Assembly (NCBI GenBank): GCA_002717605.1 | Contig: PBEE01000014.1 | Location: forward strand, 1-39,349 | DNA length: 39,349 nt | Reading direction: 5' to 3' | Source of the DNA: Crocinitomicaceae bacterium | GTDB taxonomy: Bacteria; Bacteroidota; Bacteroidia; Flavobacteriales_D; Sanyastnellaceae | In this document: piece by piece, positions 17,128-28,500 of the stretch | How positions within the stretch are numbered: position 1 is the first letter of the stretch | Layout of the letters: the number at the start of each line of letters is the position of its first letter | Notes under the pieces: model-generated | Seen by the model: the letters and a program-made list of their open reading frames with translations, nothing else | The model's database searches: none | What the model was told of the DNA's origin: nothing | Position numbers and translations under genes: made by a program

Positions 17128-18662
17128 TATTTTGAAAATAGAGTGTGCATACCCACTATAGAATCTACATATGAAGCAAGGTCAGATATATCTACTCTTT
17201 CTTGAGTCATACCGTCTCTTTCTCTAACCGTTACTGCATTATCATTTAAAGATTCATGATCAACAGTTATACATAGAGGAGTTCCAATTGCATCTTGTCT
17301 ACGGTAACGACGGCCAATTGCATCCTTTTCATCGTACTGAACGTTGTGGTTAATTCTCAATTGATCTAATACCTCTTTTGCTTTTTCAGGAAGACCATCC
17401 TTTTTGATAAGAGGAAGAACAGCGGCTTTGATAGGAGCAATTACTGGAGGAATCCTTAGCACTGTCCTTTCTGCTCCACCTTCTAATTTTTCTTCAGTGT
17501 ATGCGTTACTCAACACAGCAAGGAATAATCTATCAAGTCCGATTGAAGTCTCTACAACATAAGGAACAAAGCTTTCTTTTGTCTCTGGATCGAAAAACCT
17601 TAGCTTCTTGCTACTGTGCTCTTCGTGAGACTTTAGGTCAAAATCAGTTCTAGAGTGTATGCCCTCAAGCTCTTTAAATCCCATTGGAAAGTTGAACTCA
17701 ATATCACATGCTGCATCTGCATAGTGAGCGAGTTTAATATGGTCGTGGAATCTGTAATTCTCCTCACCTAATCCTAGAGAAAAGTGCCAATTCTTACGAG
17801 CATCTTTCCAGTGATTGTACCATTCCTCTTGGGTTCCAGGCTTAACGAAGAACTGCATTTCCATCTGTTCAAATTCTCTCATCCTGAAAATGAACTGTCT
17901 TGCAATTATCTCGTTTCGGAATGCTTTTCCAATTTGGGCTATGCCAAAAGGAAGCTTCATCCTACCGCTCTTCTGAACGTTCAAATAATTTACAAATATT
18001 CCCTGGGCAGTTTCTGGTCTTAAATACACAATGCCCGAGTCTCCACTTACTGCTCCAAGCTCTGTTTTGAACATCAAGTTAAACTGCCTAACATCAGTCC
18101 AATTCTTTGATCCACTAGCGGGACATGCGATTTCAAGCTCCTCGATAAGCGCTTTAACAGCTGCTAAATCATCAGCGTCCATTGCAGCTTTAAACTTCGA
18201 GTTAATCTCATCGATTTTACTCTGCCTGCGAAGAATGTTGGGATTAGTTGTGCGGAATTCCTCTTCGTTGAAGTCGTCGCCATACCTCTTTTTACCCTTA
18301 TCTACGGCCTTGTTGATCTTAGCTTCAATCTTGCCAATGTGCTCTTCGATTAAAACGTCAGCTCTGTAGCGTTTCTTGCTATCCTTATTGTCAATAAGCG
18401 GATCGTTAAATGCATCAACGTGCCCTGAAGCCTTCCATGTATTTGGGTGCATAAAGATAGCTGCATCAATTCCAACAATATTGTCATTCATCCTAACCAT
18501 AGATGTCCACCAATAGTTCTTAAGATTATTCTTAAGCTCACTTCCAAGTTGACCATAATCGTACGCTGCGCTTAAGCCGTCATAGATCTCACTACTTGGA
18601 AACACAAATCCGTATTCTTTTGCGTGGCTAATAATCTTTTTTAATCCGTCTTCAGCACTCAT
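17127..18662 (-). CDS. glyQS: Glycine--tRNA ligase (single-chain class II form)
   Basis: 511 aa. Contains YLRPETAQGIFVNY, the FRNEI motif 2 region, and an anticodon-binding C-terminus. Its stop shares one nt with the pgk start (TAATG). Confidence 0.93.
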   Translation of the reverse strand: MSAEDGLKKIISHAKEYGFVFPSSEIYDGLSAAYDYGQLGSELKNNLKNYWWTSMVRMNDNIVGIDAAIFMHPNTWKASGHVDAFNDPLIDNKDSKKRYRADVLIEEHIGKIEAKINKAVDKGKKRYGDDFNEEEFRTTNPNILRRQSKIDEINSKFKAAMDADDLAAVKALIEELEIACPASGSKNWTDVRQFNLMFKTELGAVSGDSGIVYLRPETAQGIFVNYLNVQKSGRMKLPFGIAQIGKAFRNEIIARQFIFRMREFEQMEMQFFVKPGTQEEWYNHWKDARKNWHFSLGLGEENYRFHDHIKLAHYADAACDIEFNFPMGFKELEGIHSRTDFDLKSHEEHSSKKLRFFDPETKESFVPYVVETSIGLDRLFLAVLSNAYTEEKLEGGAERTVLRIPPVIAPIKAAVLPLIKKDGLPEKAKEVLDQLRINHNVQYDEKDAIGRRYRRQDAIGTPLCITVDHESLNDNAVTVRERDGMTQERVDISDLASYVDSIVGMHTLFSK

Positions 18663-18749
18663 TCTGGGAGGTTTTAGGCAAAGTTACCTACTTCCACCTA
18701 CTTCCTAAAACTTAAACCACTAAACAATTTAATTTAAACCATCTTTTTT

Positions 18750-18757
18750 TATTTTTG
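18750..18757 (+). promoter_or_regulatory. TAnnTTTG-type box (TATTTTTG) in the glyQS / giant-gene divergent spacer
   Basis: Perfect consensus match, but it overlaps the only upstream in-frame TTG start candidate (18755-18757). No clear -33 TTG is present. The two interpretations are mutually exclusive. Confidence 0.25.
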
Positions 18758-21700
18758 AACTCACCTAATCTGACTATAATCAAAAACTTATACAGGAAAT
18801 ATCACTTTATCCTAACCTTATTCTTTCTCTTTAGTTTGCCCTTTAATTCATTATCACAAGACTGTGATATTTGTGATGATGTTGAGATTAATTTAGAAAT
18901 AAATGGTGTTGTTCTTGTTGAAGACGGACCTTGTGACGTTTCACTAAACGTTAGCTCATCAGATTTTGAATTAGAAGATTTCACTTATAACGTAATCTAT
19001 AGTTGGGAACTAGATGGCGACTTCATTGAGAATGGGGAATGGGCAGACATAAATAGTCAAGATCTTATTAATGGCAATGAAATTGAGATAACTGCACTAT
19101 TTATTTTTAATTCAGAAAATGATGATGAGCTTGCATTTGACTGCGCTTGCTCAGCTATATTTTCAGCAGAAGATCTAGTTGAGGAATTCGATGACTGGCC
19201 ATGTGATTGTCAACCCGCGGGCCCGCCAATTGCAAGTTTTTATGTCGAAAATGAAGGTGAATGTGGTAACCAGGGAATTTCATTTGTTAATACTGTAGTT
19301 GGAGGGGAAGGCCCAACATTTCATTGGATGTTTGGCACTGATGGTGACTATGGAGAGTCGTTTGAAGCTAGTCCAACATTTGACATAATTATAGATGGCG
19401 GAATGTCAACCTCAATACCAGTAACCTTAACTGTGGTAGATGATAATGGCTGTTCAGATAATGTAGTAGAAATAGTAGAGGTTCTAGACACACCAAACCC
19501 TGGTGATGATTTTTCAGCTGGAAACATTTGTACAGGCAATCCAAATGAAATTCAAGCTGAAATTATTTTTAATCCTGAACCTTATGGCCAAGGAGGGATT
19601 CAATTAATAACAATTGATTGGGGTGATGATGAAATAGTATCGTATACCCCCTCTCTGTTTCCAACAGATACTATCATAAGTCCGATTTATAACGATTTTG
19701 GCTATTACCCGATTAATATAGAATTACTCGGCTATAATGGCTGTATAACATATTTAGAAGACTCATTATTTATTGGTAATAACCCTCAAATTGGAACTGC
19801 TAATCCAGGCAACACAGACGGAATTTGCGCACCATATGAATTAACATTTCCTGTTTTTAATTTTTCAAGTAATGACCCATCTACAATTTATGAAGTTGAT
19901 TTTGGAGATGCTTCTGTCCCTCAAATCTATTCGCATCCTCCACCATTAGACGTTACTCACACTTATTTATCATCTTCTTGTGGGTACACATCTCCATTAG
20001 GCTCACAGAACTCATATATGTTTAAAATCACAGCTGAAAACGAATGTGGCGAGTCTAGTAATACCGTGGAACCAGTTAGAATTCACTCTGCCCCTGACCC
20101 AACAATCGAAGGAGAGCCCTTTGTATGCGCAGGCGTAGAATATCAATGGATTTCAGAGCCAACAGGAACCTGGGTAGATGCAAATTCTACTGACTGTACT
20201 ACTGAATTAGGAGATTGGCAAATAATTAGCCAAGCCACAGGTTTGCCTGCGGTTTTTGATTCTGATCCAACTTTTGGAAATTCAGTAACTAATTTTGCAA
20301 CAACTTTTTCCAATGCGGGACTTTATACAATACATGTATTAGAAGACCATCCAGTTTGTGATGCTGACACAGACACCTTTGAAGTATGCGTATATCCTGA
20401 CGAACTTAACCCAGAGGCTTTAAGCTTTCCGGAAAATGGCTGCGCTCCTTTAACGGTTAACCTAAACGACATAACCCCTCCATTACCATGTGGGGAGATT
20501 GCATTAAACTGGAGTGTTGATGGGGGTCCTTTTGAATTTATTAATGGTACAGGTCCAGAATCAATTGATCCTGTTGTAGTACTTCTTGAAGAAGGAGATT
20601 ATGAAATCACACTAACCCATGTGCCAGACTTTGCATATGTAGATTCAACTCTATACATTGTTGACGTAGAACAGATTGCAGGCTGTTATAATTACAACGC
20701 GAATCTACCAGGGGACACTACTGCAGTAGAAGCAACTTGTCCAGTAGGAGAATATATAATTGACATTGAGGTTTATGATGAGCCCTATGTACAGATTATT
20801 TCTGACGAATATTTCCTATGCGAAGGTGACATAATTAATGTAACCACGATTGAATTTAATGACGGAAATTTAGATGAGTACGAATTTCAATGGTTTGTAG
20901 ATGATGAACTGTTTAGTACCACAATTGATCCAATTACTTTAGCTTTCCAAGAAGAAGGAAATCATACAATTGAGGCTACAGCAACTAATATTTGTGGTTC
21001 TCACACTAGCCAGATTTCAGTTTCAGTAAACGAAACACCAACAATTGAAGTTTCTTCGCCTCCTGGTGATTGTATTGGAAATACTGCTGTTGTCGAAGCA
21101 TCTGGAGCTGACTCATATCAATGGACAAATAATAATCAAGTCAGTTCTCAAACCGGAAACCCTGTAGAATATACTATTTCAGAAACAACAACTGAAACAG
21201 TTACAGGGGTACTTAACCATGCATTTGTATCGTGTGAATCTGAGGAGACATTTGAAATTTTAGCTTTCCAGTTACCTCAAATTGAAATTTTAGGTAACCC
21301 AGAAATTTGTGATGAAGACACGCTTACATTAATTGCAGAAATAACTAATGGAACACCAGATTATTCCATTAGCTGGTCCGAGCAAAACGCGTCAGCGCTT
21401 GATTCAATATTAATAATAGAAGCAAGCCTTGGTTTAAACTATGTGATTACTGATGTAGTTGATGCAAACGGATGTGAATCAACTGAAGGTATTGGCATTA
21501 CGGTTTATGATTTACCGACTGTTGAGGCAGGAGCAAATGTTGAATTCTGTGACCAACCAATATTAACCAACTTAGAAGAAAACTTCCCTTTAAATGGTTA
21601 TTGGGATGGATTAGGCATTATTGATCAGGATAATGGAACTATTGATCCTTCTTTAATTGGAATTGGGACATCAATAATTAATTATAACTATACAGATTCT

Positions 21701-24700
21701 AACGGGTGTTCAAACACAGACTCCTTAACGGTAACAGTTGTTGATCCAGTTTTTGCAAATGCCGGTCCAGACATGGCTGTTTGTGACATTGACACTACAC
21801 TCACTATTTCTGGGTTCACGCCAACTAATGGTCAATGGATAGATAATTCAATTGACTCAAATTATAACCTGGATGTTTCTGATTTAGGACCAGGAATCTA
21901 CCCATACATATATACATATGGGGAGGAAACGTGTTTTACAGAAGATGTTATGCTTCTAGAGATTTATGATAGGCCAAATATTTATTGGGATGGCCCAAAC
22001 GTATTGTGTCTATACGAAACAGGCGTCTTTGAATTAACTATTGATGGAGGAACTGGACCATACTTTATTGAATGGTTAACAGAAATGGACAACATATCTT
22101 TAGACGGATATACTGCGTATAATTCTTGGGACGAGATAGGAACACATCCAGTCGAAATCTTTGTCACAGATTTTAATGGTTGTGCAGAGCTCCTTTCATT
22201 TGATGTATTTATTAATGACTTACCTGAGGTGTCAGCTGGCTCCGACACAACATTTTGTAACCAAAACAATGTAATTGGCCAACTAGAAGGTTATAGTCCA
22301 GGATTCTTTCAAGGGGGTACGGGATATTTTTATGGCTTAGATGATGCAGCCGGCGCGGTTTCAAGTATTGGCCAATTTGACCCTTCTATATCTGGAGCAG
22401 GAGTTTTTAATGTTGTATATTCTTTTACAAGTAGCCAAACAAACTGTACTAACACAGATACATTAACAATTTTAGTTAGCGACCCTGTTGTTGCTGACGC
22501 AGGCCTTGACACTACGGTTTGTTACAACGCACCACTACTTCAACTAGAGGGTTTCTATCCAGACATTGGTGTTCTATGGAGTGGTTTAAGCCCCACAGCT
22601 TCAGGCGCTTTGATAGATGATCAATTGGGCATCATTAACCCTCAATTATTACCTCCTGGAGACTATAGCTATATGATAGAAAATGGAGTAGGCACATGTT
22701 ACACGAATGATGAAATAATTGTATCAGTTGATCCTTTACCAGTGATGTCAATAGCAAATGATGACGCGTTTTGTGGTAACCTTTGGCTTGAAGAATTACT
22801 TACACCTAATCCTACAGGAGGTTATTGGTTTGGAGATAATATAGAGGATGAACAAGCTGGGATATTTAATACAAATCTTCCAGAAGGTGAGTACGAGGTA
22901 TATTATACATATACTCATCCTATTACTCAATGTTCGGATACTATTCCTCATAATGTTACTATACATCCAGTTCCTGACGCAATATTTGCGGCGGATCCAT
23001 TAGGGTGTAACAATTCACCATATTCTTTTGCCCAGCTTACAACTGGAGCTACTTCTGCTCTATGGGATTTAGGAAATGGAGATACAAGTAATGATTGGAT
23101 TCCGGATTATACCTATCCAAATATTGGAGATTATACAGTAACGTTATTTACCTCAAATGATTTGGGATGTGTAGACACAGCTTATGTTGACGTAGAAGTT
23201 ACAGAAGTGCCAATTGCAGAATTTATTATGTCTACAGATTCTGGATGTGCTGCATTAGAAGTAGACTTCACAAATATTTCTTATGCACCGTATAGCTCTT
23301 TCGAATGGATTTTTGCAGACAACTACTTTTTTGATGCTTCTCCAGCAACATATGCATTCCAACAGGGGGACAGCATAGTACAGTACTACCCTCAACTTAC
23401 TGTTTCAAATCTTTGTGGTTTTGATGTATTTATTGATGAAGTAACAGTATTGCCAAATCCTCAAATGAGCTTTGTATTGTTGAATGATACAGCATGTTCT
23501 CCATATACAGCCGAACTCCTATACACAGGAGTTGGATTACCTGATGAAATATTTTGGGATTATGGAAATGGCCAAACCTCAACAGAAGCTATTCCAATTT
23601 TCCCAACCTATTCAGTAGATGAAGAAGAAGTTGTATTTGACATTACAGTTACAGGAGAAAATGAATGCGGTGTAAATGAATTTTCAGTTCCAATTTGGAT
23701 CCAACCAAACACGATTCAGTCATTTTTTACAACAAACGTTACAAGTGGTTGCCCTCCGCTAGAAATAGAAGTAGAAAACTTAAGCGATGCTACAACAGGG
23801 GTAACTTTTGATTTTGGAGATGGCAATTTTTCATCTGACGAAACGGCTTCAAACACTTATTACGAAGAAGGTCAGTATATATTAACTCAATATGCTACGA
23901 ATGGGTGTTCTTACGACACATCTGAAGTTATAATTACTGTTCATCCTGAGCCAGAATTTACTTTAGTAGCAGAAGCTCCAAGCTTTTGTGAAGGAGAAGC
24001 AGCTTCATTCTCTGTGCAAGCAACATCTCCTGGTGCGATTGATTGGTATTTTGGTGATGGGGGAGTAGATAGCGGATTAAATGTTGAATATGTATTCGAT
24101 CAATCAGGTAATTACGTAGTAGAGGCCACTGTTTTATCAAACCTTTGGGGTTGTGTAGGTTCAGAGTCTATAGATGTTGAGGTATATCCTACGCCTGTAT
24201 TGAATATTTCATCCGATGTAATTAATGGATGTAGTCCTTTACAAGTATCATTCATTAACCAATCAATTGATTCTGACTTTTGGACCTGGGATTTTGGAGA
24301 CCAAACTGCAAACCAGGTTACCTCAGATCCGACTCACATTTTTACCAACAACACTTATGAGCAGCAAACCTATGTTGTAAACTATAACGCTCTAACGCTT
24401 AATGGCTGCTCATCTTCTGGATCTCTTACAATTGATGTATTTCCAGAACCTATAGCTGCTTTTGAAATTGATGATGTTCTTCTATGTGGCCTTCCTTCAT
24501 TGATTAATTTAACGAATACATCAGACGGTGCCCAAGCTTTTGATTGGACTTTTAATGGACAAAACGAAGGCGGTCAATTTGAACCAATTTTTGAAGCGTC
24601 TTATTATGGAGATCAAGTAGTAGAACTTACAGCAACAAACACATTTGGGTGTTCTTCTGTCGATGTAAATACAGTTAGTGTTCACGAATATCCAACTCCA

Positions 24701-25528
24701 CAAATTATGTTGTATCCTTCAGCAGGATGCGAACCTTTACAAGTTGCTTTTAATGACAATTCTACAGGATCTGTATCATCTAACATAACCATAGCAAATT
24801 CAGATTGGTTGATATATGATGGACCTGTGCCAAACGTACCATTAACAATAAATCAAAGCGGAAACTTTATTTTAAATATGGTGGCGATTTCAGCAGATGG
24901 CTGTTTGAGTAATTTGGCGACACCAGAAATAATAAATGTTTGGCCTTTGCCAAATGCAGATTTTGATGCAGTACCAGTTATTGGAGCATCTGGAGATCCA
25001 TCTCAATCACACCCAAGCAACACAGCCTTTGAGTTTGTAAATTTATCATCGGGGTATGTTTCAAGCTCTTGGATTTTTGGAAATGGAGCAATCTCAAATG
25101 AAGACAGCCCTATTGTAGATTTTGTATATCAAGGCCAATTCCCAACAACATTAACTGTAATAAGCGATGAGGGATGTGTAAGTAGTCATTCAGAAACAGT
25201 AATTATATCCTCTGAACTAGAAATTTATGTTCCAACTGCGTTTACCCCATCTTTTGAAGGCGCTGGTACACCAGGGATTAATGATGCATTCAGAGCTGAG
25301 TTTTCAGACATTACTGTAATTGAGTCTTTTGAAATTCAGATATACAACCGTTGGGGAGAGAAGATCTGGGAATCACATGATCCAGAGGAATATTGGTTGG
25401 GGGAGGTTGGTACAGACGGACAGTACTTTGTCCAAAATGAAGTATACAACTGGATTATTAAGGTTCAATCAAACACTTGGGTAGATAATGGCAAAGAATT
25501 AAGAGGACATGTTATTATACTTAGATAA
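18755..25528 (+). CDS. Giant secreted cell-surface protein (2257 aa): signal peptide, at least 12 PKD/Ig-like domains, T9SS type B sorting domain (gliding-motility-associated CTD / CHU_C)
   Basis: Signal-like sequence HFILTLFFLFSLPFNSLSQ. Recurrent PKD signatures include WMFGTDGDYG, WDLGNGDTSNDW, FDFGDGNFSSDE, WYFGDGGVDSG and WDFGDQTANQ. The C-terminus YVPTAFTPS...GINDAFRAEF...IQIYNRWGEKIWES...GHVIILR matches TIGR04131-type CTDs. The start is uncertain: there is no in-frame ATG upstream of the signal peptide, so TTG 18755 is taken from the track. Confidence 0.85.
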   Translation: MNSPNLTIIKNLYRKYHFILTLFFLFSLPFNSLSQDCDICDDVEINLEINGVVLVEDGPCDVSLNVSSSDFELEDFTYNVIYSWELDGDFIENGEWADINSQDLINGNEIEITALFIFNSENDDELAFDCACSAIFSAEDLVEEFDDWPCDCQPAGPPIASFYVENEGECGNQGISFVNTVVGGEGPTFHWMFGTDGDYGESFEASPTFDIIIDGGMSTSIPVTLTVVDDNGCSDNVVEIVEVLDTPNPGDDFSAGNICTGNPNEIQAEIIFNPEPYGQGGIQLITIDWGDDEIVSYTPSLFPTDTIISPIYNDFGYYPINIELLGYNGCITYLEDSLFIGNNPQIGTANPGNTDGICAPYELTFPVFNFSSNDPSTIYEVDFGDASVPQIYSHPPPLDVTHTYLSSSCGYTSPLGSQNSYMFKITAENECGESSNTVEPVRIHSAPDPTIEGEPFVCAGVEYQWISEPTGTWVDANSTDCTTELGDWQIISQATGLPAVFDSDPTFGNSVTNFATTFSNAGLYTIHVLEDHPVCDADTDTFEVCVYPDELNPEALSFPENGCAPLTVNLNDITPPLPCGEIALNWSVDGGPFEFINGTGPESIDPVVVLLEEGDYEITLTHVPDFAYVDSTLYIVDVEQIAGCYNYNANLPGDTTAVEATCPVGEYIIDIEVYDEPYVQIISDEYFLCEGDIINVTTIEFNDGNLDEYEFQWFVDDELFSTTIDPITLAFQEEGNHTIEATATNICGSHTSQISVSVNETPTIEVSSPPGDCIGNTAVVEASGADSYQWTNNNQVSSQTGNPVEYTISETTTETVTGVLNHAFVSCESEETFEILAFQLPQIEILGNPEICDEDTLTLIAEITNGTPDYSISWSEQNASALDSILIIEASLGLNYVITDVVDANGCESTEGIGITVYDLPTVEAGANVEFCDQPILTNLEENFPLNGYWDGLGIIDQDNGTIDPSLIGIGTSIINYNYTDSNGCSNTDSLTVTVVDPVFANAGPDMAVCDIDTTLTISGFTPTNGQWIDNSIDSNYNLDVSDLGPGIYPYIYTYGEETCFTEDVMLLEIYDRPNIYWDGPNVLCLYETGVFELTIDGGTGPYFIEWLTEMDNISLDGYTAYNSWDEIGTHPVEIFVTDFNGCAELLSFDVFINDLPEVSAGSDTTFCNQNNVIGQLEGYSPGFFQGGTGYFYGLDDAAGAVSSIGQFDPSISGAGVFNVVYSFTSSQTNCTNTDTLTILVSDPVVADAGLDTTVCYNAPLLQLEGFYPDIGVLWSGLSPTASGALIDDQLGIINPQLLPPGDYSYMIENGVGTCYTNDEIIVSVDPLPVMSIANDDAFCGNLWLEELLTPNPTGGYWFGDNIEDEQAGIFNTNLPEGEYEVYYTYTHPITQCSDTIPHNVTIHPVPDAIFAADPLGCNNSPYSFAQLTTGATSALWDLGNGDTSNDWIPDYTYPNIGDYTVTLFTSNDLGCVDTAYVDVEVTEVPIAEFIMSTDSGCAALEVDFTNISYAPYSSFEWIFADNYFFDASPATYAFQQGDSIVQYYPQLTVSNLCGFDVFIDEVTVLPNPQMSFVLLNDTACSPYTAELLYTGVGLPDEIFWDYGNGQTSTEAIPIFPTYSVDEEEVVFDITVTGENECGVNEFSVPIWIQPNTIQSFFTTNVTSGCPPLEIEVENLSDATTGVTFDFGDGNFSSDETASNTYYEEGQYILTQYATNGCSYDTSEVIITVHPEPEFTLVAEAPSFCEGEAASFSVQATSPGAIDWYFGDGGVDSGLNVEYVFDQSGNYVVEATVLSNLWGCVGSESIDVEVYPTPVLNISSDVINGCSPLQVSFINQSIDSDFWTWDFGDQTANQVTSDPTHIFTNNTYEQQTYVVNYNALTLNGCSSSGSLTIDVFPEPIAAFEIDDVLLCGLPSLINLTNTSDGAQAFDWTFNGQNEGGQFEPIFEASYYGDQVVELTATNTFGCSSVDVNTVSVHEYPTPQIMLYPSAGCEPLQVAFNDNSTGSVSSNITIANSDWLIYDGPVPNVPLTINQSGNFILNMVAISADGCLSNLATPEIINVWPLPNADFDAVPVIGASGDPSQSHPSNTAFEFVNLSSGYVSSSWIFGNGAISNEDSPIVDFVYQGQFPTTLTVISDEGCVSSHSETVIISSELEIYVPTAFTPSFEGAGTPGINDAFRAEFSDITVIESFEIQIYNRWGEKIWESHDPEEYWLGEVGTDGQYFVQNEVYNWIIKVQSNTWVDNGKELRGHVIILR

Positions 25529-25549
25529 ATTGAACAGAATTTTAGCATA

Positions 25550-28500
25550 ATGTTTTCTAGTTTACATAAATCTCTTCTGCTTTTACTTCTGCTTATTTTG
25601 TGCTTCAATTTTGTTCATGCTCAAATCTGCATAACCCCTCCAGACGATTTAGTATGGAATTGTGGAGAAGAAGATTGGTTTTATGTCTTTACACAAACTG
25701 ATGATGTGATTGTTCACACTTGTGACGATATAGATAACCAATTATTCCAACAAGTAGAATTGATAGTTGAGGTTGACACGCTTGATTGTTCTGATCCAAC
25801 TGCACCAAATGTTGTTTCTAGAATACACAGGACATTTCTTACCTCTGCCATAGGCCAAACCTCAGAGTGCGGAAACTGGATTGTATGCGCAACTCAAACA
25901 ATAGATGTTGTTGATTTTGAAGCTCCTGAATTCACAGAGTTCCCAAACGATACTCTTATTAATTGCCATGATTGGGATTTATTAGACTATCTAATCAGCG
26001 GCCTATTTCAAGTAGATTTTAATGACAACTGTGGAGTAGTAGACCAAACCATAAACCTTGACACGATTATTGGGATTTGTACTTCAGAGAGAGAGTTTCA
26101 ATGGGAATTTATTCTTGTTGACCAATGTAATAACACACGAATTGATACGCATTTTGTTAATGTAGTTGACACAATTGCCCCAAGTATTATATTTAATCCT
26201 CTACAGGATGAGATAGAACCGTTTATGTGTGCTGACCTAGTTGTTTGGCCTGACCTAGAAGCCGATGACTTATGCTCAAGTACTGATGATGTTGAATGGG
26301 GGGAAATAAATGAGTTAGAATTGACGTGTCCACATCATTTAGAATTGTCTAGATGGGCTGTGGCAGAAGACGACTGTGGAAATATTGATTCTACGGAATA
26401 CATAATAGAAGTCTTTGACGACGTACCACCAACTCTTATAATTCCGGCGGACTATACAGCAGAGTGTTCAGCCGAACACCCGATGGAAGACGCAAGTGCT
26501 TATGACAAATGTGGAGAGGCTTTTATAACGGTTGAAGAAACCATAATTCCGGGATCAGCAGTTGGAGATTACACTATCGTCAGAACCTTTACAGCAACTG
26601 ATATTTGCGGGAATGCATCCGTAGGATCTCAAGCCATAACAATAGTTGACACAACACCACCTGAACTAACTATACCCGATGATTATACGATTGAATGTTC
26701 AGGCGAAATAATTCTTGCTAATGCTTTTGCTGTAGATAATTGCGGACCAGTAACCATATCAGTTTTAGAGAAAATAATTCCTGGCTTATGTGAAGGAAGC
26801 TATTCTATTAGTAGAACATTTACAGCTGCTGATGATTTTGGTAATTCAACCTCAGATACACAGGTGATAACAGTAATAGACACTACGGCTCCTGAGATAA
26901 CATTTATGCCTGAGGACTATACAGCTGAGTGCTCTGATGAACATCCTATGGAAGATGTGACAGGGATAGATGATTGTGGCGAAGTTTCTGTTTCAGTTTT
27001 AGAAAAGATTTATGCAGGAGTTTGTACGGGAGATTATACAATTTCTAGAACCTTCACTGTTTCTGATGATTGCGGAAACGCTGTTGTTGAAACCCAAACT
27101 ATAACTATCGTTGATATGACTTCTCCTGTATATTCTTTTGTTCCAGCTGATTATACTATAGAATGCTCAGAAGAAATTGTATTAGATGAGGCGACAGCAA
27201 CAGACAATTGTGGCCCAGTAGACATAAATGTAGATGAGGTTACATTACCGGGTTCATGTGAAGGGGATTACGTAATATCTAGAACATTTACAGCAACGGA
27301 TGATTGTGGAAATTCAACGGTAGCGTATCAAGAAATTACAGTAATTGATACAACCGCACCAGAATTCACGTCAGTACCTACAAATTACACAGGTGAATGT
27401 TCAGATGATAACCCCATGGATAACGCCACTGCAATAGATAATTGCGGAGATGTTCAAATAATTACTATTGAAGAAATTACACCGGGGATGTGTACGGGAG
27501 ATTACTTGTTAACAAGGACGTTTACTGCTTCTGATGATTGTGGAAATGAGAATTCAGCGCTACAAGTAATCACCATCACTGACACCACAGCACCTGAACT
27601 CACAATTCCAAGCGATTATACGACGGAATGTTCAGACGAAATTCTTTTTGACAATGCTGTAGCAATTGACAATTGCGGCGAAGTGATAATAACAGTTGAC
27701 GAATCAACAGAATCTAATGGCTGTTCAGGATCATATGTTATTCAAAGAACTTTTACAGCTTCTGATGACTGTGGTAATACAGTTACAGACACACAGACAA
27801 TCACAGTCATAGACACTACACCTCCTCAATTAGATATTCCTCATAGTTTTACCGCTGAATGTTCGGACAGTTATATATTAGAAGATGCAGCAGCAACAGA
27901 CAATTGCGGTAGTGTAACAATTACTCTAGATGAAGAAAAAGTTTCAGGCTCTTGTACAGGAGACTATGTAATTAATAGAACCTTTACAGCCGTTGACGAC
28001 TGCGGAAACACGACGTCTGAAACTCAGACAATAACAATTATTGACAGCTCGCCACCAGTTCTGTCAATTCCAAACAGCTTCGCAGCAGTATGCTCAGACG
28101 ATTTTCCTTTGGACGATGCAACAGCAACAGACAATTGTAGTAATGTGACTATTACAGTTAATGAGGTTATAACAGAAGGAGATTGTATAGGAGATTATTC
28201 GATCTCAAGAGAATTTACAGCAACGGATGAGTGCGGAAATAGTTCAACGGGAATCCAAATAATAACCATTGTTGACAATGCTGCACCTATTTTGATTATA
28301 CCTGATGATTATACAGCAGAGTGTTCAGAGGATCATCCCATGAGTGATGCTTCAGCCACGGATAATTGTAGTTCAGTGAATATTACAATTGATGAGCATA
28401 CCGAATTTGGTGACTGTGCAGGAGAGTATATAATTACCAGAACATTTACTGCTACTGATGAATGTGGAAATATATCATCAGACGTTCAAACAATAAACAT

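Noticed and set aside
17784-18369. Plus-strand ORFs of 79 aa and 112 aa
   Set aside because: They are antisense to glyQS, which is unambiguous.
18802-24703. Several 60-95-aa minus-strand ORFs inside the giant gene (for example 21982..22269 and 19348..19539)
   Set aside because: They are antisense shadows of a 2257-codon ORF with repeated PKD signatures. None has a signal, a motif or independent support.
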